64,000 bases of DNA, from positions 248,001-312,000 of the forward strand of contig NIVC01000546.1 of NCBI GenBank assembly GCA_002269645.1, in the 5' to 3' direction. This DNA is from Macrostomum lignano (lineage: Eukaryota). Numbering within the stretch: position 1 is the first letter of the stretch; the number at the start of each line of letters is the position of its first letter. A model generated the notes under the pieces. It worked only from the letters and a program-made list of their open reading frames with translations. It was not told the origin of the DNA and did no database searches. The translations under genes and the position numbers were made by a program. Shown here piece after piece: positions 1 to 26,633 of this stretch.

Positions 1-1190
1 TCTGAGATCTCTGAGATCTCACTGTGTCTCTGTTACTCTGAGATCTCTGAGATCTCACTGTGTCTCTCTTACTCTGAGATCTCTGACATCTCACTGTGTC
101 TCTCTTACTCTGAGATCTCTGAGATCTCACTGTGTCTCTCTTACTCTGAGATCTCTGAGATCTCAATGTGTCTCTGTTACTCTGAGATCTCTGAGATCTC
201 ACTGTGTCTCTCTTACTCCGAGATCTCTGAGATCTCACTGTCTCTCTTACTCTGAGATCTCCGGGATCTCAGATCTCACTGTGTGTCTCTTACTCCGAGA
301 TCTCTGGGATCTCACTGTGTGTCTCTTACTCCGAGATCTCTGAGATCTCACTGTGTCTCTGTTACTCTGAGATCTCTGAGATCTCACTGTGTCTCTCTTA
401 CTCTGAGATCTCTGACATCTCACTGTGTCTCTCTTACTCCGAGATCTCTGAGATCTCACTGTCTCTCTTACTCTGAGATCTCCGGGATCTCAGATCTCAC
501 TGTGTCTCTCTTACTCTGAGATCTCTGAGATCTCACTGTGTGTCTCTTACTCCGAGATCTCTGGGATCTCACTGTGTGTCTCTTACTCCGAGATCTCTGG
601 GATCTCAGATCCCACTGTGTCTCTTACTCTGAGATCTCTGGGATCTCACTGTGTGTCTCTTACTCCGAGATCTCTGGGATCTCACTGTGTGTCTCTTACT
701 CCGAGATCTCTGAGATCTCACTATGTCTCTCTTACTCCGAGATCACTGAGATCTCACTGTGTCTCTGTTACTCTGAGATCTCTGAGATCTCACTGTGTCT
801 CTCTTACTCTGAGATCTCTGACATCTCACTGTGTCTCTCTTACTCTGAGATCTCTGAGATCTCACTGTGTCTCTCTTACTCTGAGATCTCTGAGATCTCA
901 ATGTGTCTCTGTTACTCTGAGATCTCTGAGATCTCACTGTGTCTCTCTTACTCCGAGATCTCTGAGATCTCACTGTCTCTCTTACTCTGAGATCTCCGGG
1001 ATCTCAGATCTCACTGTGTCTCTCTTACTCTGAGATCTCTGAGATCTCACTGTGTGTCTCTTACTCCGAGATCTCTGGGATCTCACTGTGTGTCTCTTAC
1101 TCCGAGATCTCTGAGATCTCACTGTGTCTCTCTTACTCCGAGATCTCTGAGATCTCACTCCCTCTCACACCCAGAGATCTCACTGTCTCT
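1..1190. repeat. ~36-bp minisatellite (CTGAGATCTCTGAGATCTCACTGTGTCTCTCTTACT), runs off the window start
   Basis: Direct tandem repetition; each unit has two GAGATCTC palindromes. Overlapping ORFs are periodic artefacts. Confidence 0.95.
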
Positions 1191-1742
1191 GACAGTCTTT
1201 GTCTCTTTCATATTTCATTTACAACATGGAATTGAAATTCCAGCTGTCTTTGTTTCACCACGAGGACATCTTTGTGCAGGGCAGAGATTGGTGATAGGGA
1301 TCCGCATGACAGTCCTGACCCACATCGCAATTTGTCTTGAATCTCTGTTTGCACAACAAGCGTTGCGAAATGGGGTGTCCCTTGGGGGGCCGAGGCAGCA
1401 GTTGTGAGGTCACAGTAATATGCGTTAGGCCTATATGTATACAGCCTCAAATCCCCAGGGAAATTAATAAGCCTATCTGTTGCCAACCCGACAGTTGACC
1501 TTCAACAATCTGGCAGATATATTCAAGATCCATGGCGATCTGTATGGTTCAGGGACCCTTGGCTAGCCTGGATTGGAAGTCGATAATGTTTTTGAAGGCT
1601 TAATTTTGTTTAAAAAAAGTATCCTGTAATTATAATTTTTTAAAGTTCCCATGCACAACATAGTCAAGTCCTGATATATGATGTCGAGTATGAAGGTGCT
1701 TTATATTTATTTGCCAAGCTATTGCATCTCTTGAATGCGCAG

Positions 1743-1982
1743 CGGGTGGGTTTCACAAACGCGAAATTTCACAACCGCTAAATCACCTACTTTCACAACC
1801 GCGAAACTTCATAACCGCTAAAAAGACTGTTGTATATGAAAGTAAGTGCAAAAAATTTAGCGGTTGTGAATTTTCGCGGCTGTGAAAGTGACTACAAAAA
1901 ATTTAGCGGTTGTGAAGTTTCGCGTTTATGAAAGCAAGTGCTTTTAGCGGTTGTGAAATTTCGCGTTTGTGAAACCCACCCG
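1743..1982. mobile_element. ~240-bp MITE with long TIRs and internal subterminal repeats (possibly Harbinger/Tourist-like)
   Basis: CGGGTGGGTTTCACAAACGCGAAATTTCACAACCGCTAAA at 1743 is the reverse complement of the end at 1982; the TTCACAACCGC motif recurs internally in both orientations. No clean TSD (left CAG, right TTG). Confidence 0.75.
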
Positions 1983-2226
1983 TTGGCGCTACAGCTTGTT
2001 CAGCAGTGCTTGGTCTGGTCTGTTGGGCTTCTTTTGCCGGGAAACTTCCACTAGGAGCAGCAGAAACCCGAGGCGGAGTTTGATTTACAACCTGTGCGGG
2101 GGCACATGGCTGGCCGCACTCTCAGCCGTGGAGATCCGGACTGAATGATCTGGAGTGGCGCACTGACTGCAGGTCCAGCTGAGCTTGGGGCAGCTGATGC
2201 AGAAGAAGCACATCAAGACGGAGAGT

Positions 2227-2902
2227 GGATTAAGGAGACGGGGGAGGATTAAGGAGACGGGGGAGGATTAAGGAGACGGGGGAGGATTAAGAAGACGGGA
2301 GGAGGATTAAGGAGACGGGGGAGGATTAAGGAGACGGGGAAAGGATTAAAGAAGCGGGGTGAGGATTAAATAAACGGGGGGAGGATTAAGGAGACGGGGG
2401 AGGATTAAGGAGACGGGGGAGGATTAAGGAGACGGGGAGAGGATTAAGGAGACAGGGGGAGAATTAAGGAGACGGGGAGAAGATTAAAAAAGCGGGGTGA
2501 GGATTAAATAAACGGGGGGAGGATTAAGGAGACGGGAGGAGGATTAAGGAGACGGGGGAGGATTAAGGAGACGGGGGAGGATTAAGGAGACGGGAGGAGG
2601 ATTAACGAGACGGGGGAGGATTAAGGAGACGGGGGAGGATTAAGGAGACGGGAGGAGGATTAAGGAGACGGGAGGAGGATTAAGGAGACGGGGGAGGATT
2701 AAGGAGACGGGGGAGGATTAAGGAGACGGGGGAGGATTAAGGAGACGGGGGAGGATTAAGGAGACGGGGAAAGGATTAAAGAAGCGGGGTGAGGATTAAA
2801 TAAACGAGGGAGGATTAAGGAGACGGGGAGAGGATTAAATAAACGGGGGAGGATTAAGGAGACGGGGAGAGGATTAAATAAACGGGGGAGGATTAAGGAG
2901 AC
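2227..2902. repeat. 19-bp G/A-rich minisatellite (GGATTAAGGAGACGGGGGA)
   Basis: Direct tandem repetition. Confidence 0.95.
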
Positions 2903-3515
2903 GTAGAGGTGGATGAAATCTAGGAAAAGAATTTATTAACAATAGAGATTTTCCCTTCCAGTCCCCTAATTTAGCACTCCTTGTCGGCGCAGGGACTCCC
3001 AATCCCCAAGGCAGCCGCGAACGCAGGATGAGGATCAATCAATAAAAACTGGCTGGCGGAATCCCCGGTCCGCTCCCTTCCCTCTGACTGTAGTGGCGCG
3101 CCGCAGCCCCCCCGGCCTTCTCGTGTTTCTCGTCCTGCTTCGCTACCCAAAAGCCGCCGGCTAAAGGTATCAGGTAATTATCGGCATTCTCTATGCCTGT
3201 TCCCCCTCAGCTGCCACTCCTTCATCTCGCATGCTTTAGCAATACCTTTGTCTGTCTCCTGTAACTCCAGGACGTTGAAAATGGAGGGATGAGTCACTTC
3301 GGTAATATCGGGCCCCAGGTGTGGTCAGCCGCCACCCACCCGCTGACCCACCTTCGAAAGCCATTTTGGTATTTGGTGACGTGGGCTGACTGGCGTTACG
3401 AAAAACGATGGACATTGGTTTATACATACATTGTTGTAGCTATAAAGACGTTTGTTGATCCATCTGGCATGCTAAGTTGACTTTTCACTCAGCTTTGATG
3501 ACCCATTTATCAAAG

Positions 3516-3675
3516 CTGACCCAGAATGACCCGCACTGACCCACACTGACATAAACTGACCTACACTGACCCACACTGACCCACACTGACCCACAATGAC
3601 CCACACTGACCCACACTGACCCACACTGACCCAGACAGACCCAGACTGACCCAGGCTGACCCAGAATGACCCAGA
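3516..3675. repeat. 10-bp tandem repeat (CTGACCCACA), intronic
   Basis: Direct tandem repetition starting ~40 bp past the GTGAGT donor at 3716. Confidence 0.9.
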
Positions 3676-3716
3676 AGCCACGAACCTACTGCAGCGTTAC
3701 CCACCAAAGGACTCAC

Positions 3717-20073
<16,357 letters not shown>

Positions 20074-20514
20074 TGATCGGATGCTGCAGGCTAGGAGACA
20101 GGTCTGAGGATGCGCAAGGCTATGGAGATCCGCAGCAGCATCCCTTGATGAAGGCTTGGAAGACTGGGAAAGGCTGGGGTTGGCTGCCGGGACTGAAGCA
20201 GTTGCAGCGATGGGACCCCGCGATTGGCCAAGCCAGTATTGGAATGCAGCCTACTAGGGATAAGCAGCTCTTCCTAGAGGAACCAATGAACTCGTATAGA
20301 TCGAGTTTACAGATTGAATTTACAGACAGTTTGCAGCAAGTGTAAAATAAGCTATCAGACTCGCGGGCATTTATGGAGCCGTGCGAGCTTGTAGAAGGTG
20401 CCGTCTGGGAAGCGCTCTGTGGCTGGGTTTCTTGGGAAGCTTTCTTCGGAGAGCGACTTCTTGAGGTCAGCTGCTTGGGGCGCTTTTGGGGGGGGGGCTT
20501 TTACTTGTAAGCGC

Positions 20515-21365
20515 TCTTCTGGAGCACTCTGGGGGTTACTCTGGGGTGGGGCACTCTGGGGGTTACTCTGGGGTGGGGCACTCTAAGAAGAACTCTGGGA
20601 TGGGAATGGGCACTCTGGAGTACTCGGGGGAGTATTTTGGGGTGGTACACTTTGGGGAGAACTCTTGGTGTGGGGCACTTTGGGGAGAACTCTTGGGGTG
20701 GGGCACTTTGGGGAGAACTCTTGGGGTGGGGCACTTTGGGGAGAACTCTTGGGGTGGGGCACTTTAGGGAGAACTCTTGGGGTGGGGCACTTTGGGGAGA
20801 ACTCTTGGGGTGGGGCACTTTAGGGAGAACTCTTGGGGTGGGGCACTTTAGGGAGAACTCTTGGGGTGGGGCACTTTAGGGAGAACTCTTGGGGTGGGGC
20901 ACTTTAGGGAGAACTCTTGGGGTGGGGCTCTTTGGAGAGAACTCTTGGGGTGGGGCACTTTGGGGAGAACTCTGGGGTGGGGCATTTGGGGAGAACTCTT
21001 GGCTTGGGGCACTTTGGGGAGAACTCTTGGGGTGGGGCACTTTAGGGAGAACTCTTGGGGTGGGGCACTTTGGGGAGAACTCTTGGGGTGGGGCACTTTG
21101 GGGAGAACTCTTGGGGTGGGGCACTTTGGGGAGAACTCTTGGGGTGGGGCATTTGGGGAGAACTCTTGGCTTGGGGCACTTTGGGGAGAACTCTTGGGGT
21201 GGGGCACTTTAGGGAGAACTCTTGGGGTGGGGCACTTTGGGGAGAACTCTTGGGGTGGGGCACTTTGGGGAGAACTCTTGGGGTGGGGCACTTTGGGGAG
21301 AACTCTTGGGGTGGGGCACTCTGGAGGCACTTTGGGGGTGACACTCTGGGGGGCACTCTGAGAGA
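20515..21365. repeat. 28-bp G-tract minisatellite (GGGGTGGGGCACTTTGGGGAGAACTCTT)
   Basis: Direct tandem repetition with three G4 runs per unit. Confidence 0.95.
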
Positions 21366-21920
21366 CACTCTGCTTTTGAAAGTTTTTAAGTTCGTTTGCT
21401 TATGAAACAGCATTCTAAATTGAGAGTCTGTGATCGATGCTCTTCTCGACAATTTCATGGCCCGTATTTTATTTTTCGAGACGAATTTTAACTTCGTCAC
21501 TAAACTACTGCCAGTAAAGAGTCAGATTTCCGCACCGATACAATTGTGAATGAAAGATTCTAAGTTCAATGACTGCTGCGCAAATGTCTGGACTGGCTGT
21601 CTGAAAAATAAAGAATTTTTCTTACCGATCAAATGTCGCTGCACTTCTCACTGTTTGTTTTGGTAAAAAAAAGTACAAAACAAGTTATAATGATATATCT
21701 GGTCAGTTGTTGGCATTCCAACCGAGTATAATAAGTTTGGCCGATCGTGTATTCAATTTTCGCTTTCTGAAAGCGTCATACGCGGTTTTCAATCGCGGCA
21801 GAAAAAATGGAATCAGTTAGGATCGTCGATAATAAACGATTAGTAATCTGCCATGTTAAAGTTCATTTCAAACAAACTTAATCTGACAGCAAAAAATTCT
21901 AGAATCTGAAATCGTTCGAA

Positions 21921-21926
21921 TTTATT
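21921..21926 (-). other. Candidate polyadenylation signal of the P450 gene
   Basis: AATAAA on the minus strand ~200 bp downstream of the stop at 22129; position-based inference. Confidence 0.4.
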
Positions 21927-22128
21927 GTCTTCGTAGACAGAGAAGAATGGGGTTGTTGTTGTTCGACTTAACTTGTCGGTAAAAGAATGTTTGTCGCGAA
22001 AAAAAATCGAAACAATAAACAGCCTCTGCTTATCAGTGAGAGTGACATTGAATCAGGGCGATAAAAAACGATAACAAACTATGAAGATGTCTTATCAAGT
22101 TAAATAGTTCGATGTCTGCAGCGGTTCG

Positions 22129-23974
22129 TCAGTGCTGGACGAGGTGCAGCGGCTTAAAAGATCCGGAGCGCAGCTGCAGCCCCATGCGACAGTCCGGCTG
22201 AGTTGGCGGCAGGATCTCGTCACCGTAGGAGGCGAAGTCGTACTCGGCTGGCGGAGAGTCCGAGCAGGGCGTGAGGCGGTAGTTCAGCAGCAGGCAGCAG
22301 GTGTACAGCTTCAGCTGCAGCATGGAGAGTCGCTGGCCAGGGCAGAGGACGCCGTAGGGCAGCACCGGTCGCTTCACCTCGCGGCCTTCGTAGCAGGGAC
22401 GGAACTCGCCGGCGAAACGGTCGATGCAGAAAGACTGAAACAGTTGGCAGGGTGGATGGTTGTTAACACCTCAGATTTGAGACTCGCAGGTTAATGATTT
22501 GTCACTGAATAGTCAGCTCACCTCCGGTTCATCATAGATTGTCGGATCCCGATGAAACGATGGTGGGTACATGCTGATGAGGTCTCCTTTGCTCAGGTTC
22601 CACGCCTGGCCGTCCTCCATGCTGAACTGGGTGTCCTCAGTGACCTCGCGCATCAGAAACAAGCCGGATGCGAGTCTGTAAGTCTCCTGGACGCAGCTTC
22701 CTGTAAGCAAACGGTTTGATACCAGCGTAACGATAAGACAGTGGATTTGGCGATGTTGCGCAGCACACATGCACTTTGGAAAGCAGGACATTCAACTTAC
22801 CAAGAATCGGCAAGTACTCCAGCGTCTCCACTGACACCCGGTAACTGTTCGAGTCTTCCTCGTTGTCGGGCGCAACGGCGGCTTCGATCTCTTCCAGCAA
22901 TTTGGCAGCCTGCTCAGGATTGTGCATCAGGTTGTTGATGAGCCAGAAAGCGATCTTGCAGTTGTTGTGGTACACGTGCAGGTAAACCATGTTGTGCCCT
23001 GCCACGGTCTCCTCTGTCCAGGTGCCGTCCAGCCACTTGCTCAGGCAGTCGCGCACGTAGGCATTGGCGGTGCCCTCCTGCAGCAGCTGCTTCGCCCCGG
23101 GGAACACCTTGTAGATCGTCCGCCACGCCGCCTCGGTGCTGGGAAACAGCCAGCTGGGCAAGCCCAGCCAGATGTAGATGAAGGACTTGTGAATCGGCTT
23201 GAACAGCTGCTTGACCGCCCGGTAGTTGAACTCTTTGCTGTCGCAGTCGCCGTAGACAGTGTTGAAGATGGAGCGGAACATGGTCTCGGTGATAAAGTCG
23301 TTCACCAAAATCTCCTTGGGCTCTTTGTCGGCTAGCGGAAGGCCGTCCGACACCAGCTCGAAGCTCCGGTTGGCGTGTCCGCTGAAGACGGTCGCATCGG
23401 TGTCGAAAGCCAGGCGGGCGTGCTTGCACATGTGACGCAGCATTTTGGTCTCCTGCGGCGCCTGGAAGCGGAACACGTTCGAGTTGACTACGCGCTGGAT
23501 CGGGTGAAAGTCGAAGCTGCGAGTGCTGGAGAACTGCTGCACGTAGTGCGGATTCATCAGGAAGTGGATCTTCTGGCCGAGCGGGAAGTTGCAGGTGAAC
23601 ATGTCGCCGAATTTGCGCCGGCAGTTCAGCAGGAAGGGCACCGCGTTGCGCCGGAACTCGTGTCCACTGCCGATTAGCGGCAGGCCCGGAACCAGCGGCG
23701 GGACCGACTTCTGCGGTCTGCGGTTGATTTAATATTTATTTGAGGTACGTATTGACAGACGGATAGTCCTGTTGCAGAAATAAGAAACTTACCGGTTGGT
23801 TCGCCGCGACCAGGCTCGCTGGATGAAGAGCAGAAGCTGCACCGTCAGCGCCACGAGGGCGGCGCCGATGCTGAGCTGCCAGGGCGCCAGCCGAGCCAGC
23901 AGGAGGCAGGCAGCCGCCAGCAGGTAGCGGCGCTCAGTCAGGACCTTGCTGCTAGACTTGTCAGCGGAGTCCAT
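22129..23974 (-). CDS. Cytochrome P450, CYP7/CYP8 (sterol/prostanoid) clan-like, 527 aa, 4 exons
   Basis: Exons 23974-23793, 23717-22801, 22700-22522, 22434-22129 with GT-AG sites and matching phases. Motifs: N-terminal membrane anchor, PPLVPGLPLIGSG, KFGDMFT, ExxR (ETYR), HRDPTIYDEPE, DRF, heme Cys in PYGVLCPG; the AFW I-helix signature is CYP7-like. Confidence 0.92.
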
Positions 23975-24062
23975 GTTGCCAAGGATAGTGAGAGTGAAGA
24001 AGTGAAAGAGCGAGTTGGGGAAATCACAGGTTGGCTTTTCTTGCAAGTTGTCGAAAGACTTC

Positions 24063-24098
24063 AAGTGAGGAGCCAGGGTGCGCTGCCATATATTTATA
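24063..24098 (-). promoter_or_regulatory. TATA box + initiator-like element of the P450 gene
   Basis: TATAAATA on the minus strand at 24098-24091 and CTCACTT (Inr-like, A at 24066) 32 nt downstream, ~90 nt upstream of the ATG. Confidence 0.55.
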
Positions 24099-24760
24099 GA
24101 CTTCAAATTCGGGGGTGGTCGCGTCAGACTTTGAATTCTGCGACAGTGTAGCAATTGGCGGGCAGGGGCGTGAAGGGGTGGCATCGGCTCCCAGGAATGC
24201 GGCCTCACGAAAACTTCGCAATTTCTTTCGGAGTGAGAAATTTCAAAGTGGAACCTGATCAGGCTTCCTCTGGCGGGCAGGGCTGGTGTGGGAAGCGAAA
24301 ATTCTCCATCGCTGTATCGATCGTCCGAACTAACGAATGCAAAAAGTTGGCTGAGCTGAGACACAACAGAATGTAGCCGACCTTTCTCGTCTGGCACGCG
24401 ACACCGAGCATTCAACTGAAATCAATTAACGCTTGCGCAGAAGCAGACTGGGAAGCAATCGGTTCAGCACTTTTATTTTTCATTGCTTCCGTCGCATTTG
24501 TTTTCTTCGCAGTTTCGCGCCCTGCATTGTTTATAACACTTTCGGTGAAAAAGTACAACTTTTACAGCCAGACGTCTGAGGTTTGCGTTGTGTTATACTT
24601 TGGATTAAAACCTCTCTCGAGTTTGAGTTGTGCTCAGCTTCTGAAAACACGCGGGCCTTTAGTACCAGCCGTCTGCTCCGCCTGCTCGATGACCTTGATT
24701 GACCCTCAGCTTCACTTCGTACAGCAGCTACTGCAGATTCGAATCAGTTCTCAGCTCAGT

Positions 24761-24830
24761 GGGGTTGTAGCTTAGTGGTTAGAGCGTCGGATCGACTCAC
24801 AACTGATAGGTCTGGGGTTCGATTCTCGAC
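24761..24830 (+). mobile_element. Isolated tRNA-like SINE head related to the SINE at 16826-16971
   Basis: GTAGCTTAGTGGTTAGAGCGTCGGA...GGGTTCGATTCTCGAC with A and B boxes; shares TTAGAGCGTCGGA and GGTTCGATTCTCGAC with the first copy. Confidence 0.6.
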
Positions 24831-24897
24831 ATACTTGGACTTTATCAGTGGCGAACAGTTGTCTCTCGAACAGACATTTCGTACGAGTACATTCTCT

Positions 24898-25155
24898 GCA
24901 GTCAGCGTTACTGCAGGTTGAAGATTGGCCATAGACAATTCAAGCATGTCTTATCAGTCAGCGGTACTGCACGTTGAAGATTGGCCATAGACAATTCAAG
25001 CATGCCTTATCAGTCAGCGGTACTACAGGTTGAAGATTGGCCATAGACAATTCAAGCATGCCTTATCAGTCAGCGGTGCTGCACGTTGAAGATTGGCCAT
25101 AGACAATTCAAGCATGCCTTATCAGTCAGCGGTGCTGCACGTTGAAGATTGGCCA
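24898..25155. repeat. 56-bp tandem repeat, ~4.5 copies
   Basis: Units start at 24917, 24973, 25029, 25085, 25141; each contains ATTGG (CCAAT on minus). Confidence 0.92.
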
Positions 25156-26057
25156 CGACCCAGAAACCAGAGACACAGTTTTACGAGTAAGGATTTTATT
25201 CTTTTAGCAACTTTCAAGCAGACAATTTTCCTCGTGTCTGAATTTCTAAGAAGCATTTTATTAAGCTGGAATGTGCTCTCTGTCTGGGATGATTTCTTGG
25301 TAAAATTACATGCAATTATTACCACATTGGGTTAGGGTTAGAAGGTTGACAGATTTTTTAAGATTTCAAGGCTTATGGGGGCATCGCTGAGATGTCAAGT
25401 GGGGGGGGAGTTGATATGTTAAGGCTTGTGGGGGGGATTGCTGGCATGTTAAGGCTAACAAGGGACTGTTGAGGTATATTGCAAAGAGATGCTACATGTA
25501 GTTTATTACAAAACTTGTACTGCATTTTTTGGCTCCCCAACGAGGGGCGCTGATTGCTAGTGCACGAGCTAGATTTCATAACTGAGCAACTTCAAATCGC
25601 TATTGAAGTTAAATTCTTCATCCTAAAAATAGCACCGAAAAAAATTCAAATGCCGCCTTTTGAACTAAATTTTAATAGGCCATTTAATTCTCATTCATAA
25701 GCAGTCAGTGCAGCAGTATGGGGTTCGCACGCTTCCAATCCAAGTGACTGCAGCAGACAAGCTGATCCGGAAATGCGAAATAAAGTCAATGCTAAACTTT
25801 CCCACAGCTGTCAGGGCGAGTTTTACTTTTTATTCTCAGTGGTCGAGACAGACATTTTGGATTTGCTTTTGTAGTACTTCTTTCTTTTTGTCAAACTTTG
25901 CACCCTGCTCTGTAAGGTCGGACTTAATCCTAGAAGGTCTAAAAATAGATGAATCGTAATGAAAGGTCCAATGGGAATTCGAAAAAAACCTCAGATCAAT
26001 TCACACAGTCCAGAAAGGCCCTGAGAAATTGTCTGCGCGCGAATGACAGTCAGACTG

Positions 26058-26366
26058 GCATGTAACTCAGCTGCCTCCTTCATCTGCAACTCAGCTGCCT
26101 CCTTCATCTGCAACTCAGCTGCCTCCTTCATCTGCAACTCAGCTGCCTCCTTCATCTGCAACTCAGCTGCCTCCTTCATCTGCAACTCAGCTGCCTCCTT
26201 CATCTGCAACTCAGCTGCCTCCTTCATCTGCAACTCAGCTGCCTCCTTCATCTGCAACTCAGCTGCCTCCTTCATCTGCAACTCAGCTGCCTCCTTCATC
26301 TGCAACTCAGCTGCCTTCATCTGCAACTCAGCTGCCTCCTTCATCTGCAACTCAGCTGCGTCCGTC
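26058..26366. repeat. 24-bp minisatellite (AACTCAGCTGCCTCCTTCATCTGC)
   Basis: Near-perfect tandem repetition. Confidence 0.95.
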
Positions 26367-26438
26367 ATGTGCAACTCAATTCCTATTCGATGCTGCTAAT
26401 AGGCTGTCACTGACCAACTGCAGCTTGAGCTTGGGTTG

Positions 26439-26630
<192 letters not shown>

Positions 26631-26633
26631 TCT

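Noticed and set aside
1208-1486. ORF as a further exon of the Ig/FN3 gene
   Set aside because: No convincing FN3, TM or GPI motif, and no matching splice sites identified.
3246-3390. Additional FN3 micro-exons below 3430
   Set aside because: Several AG/GT combinations are possible; none gives a recognisable FN3 C-terminal half, so this needs cDNA.
22741-23677. Antisense or alternate-frame ORFs over the P450 (and similar ones over ASPG and GLS)
   Set aside because: Shadow ORFs caused by GC3-rich coding sequence on the opposite strand or frame.
24761-24830. Functional tRNA gene
   Set aside because: A/B boxes are present, but I could not build a clean acceptor and anticodon stem; it matches the SINE head at 16920-16971.
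24898-25155. CRISPR-like 56-bp repeat
   Set aside because: No variable spacers; it is a simple tandem duplication.
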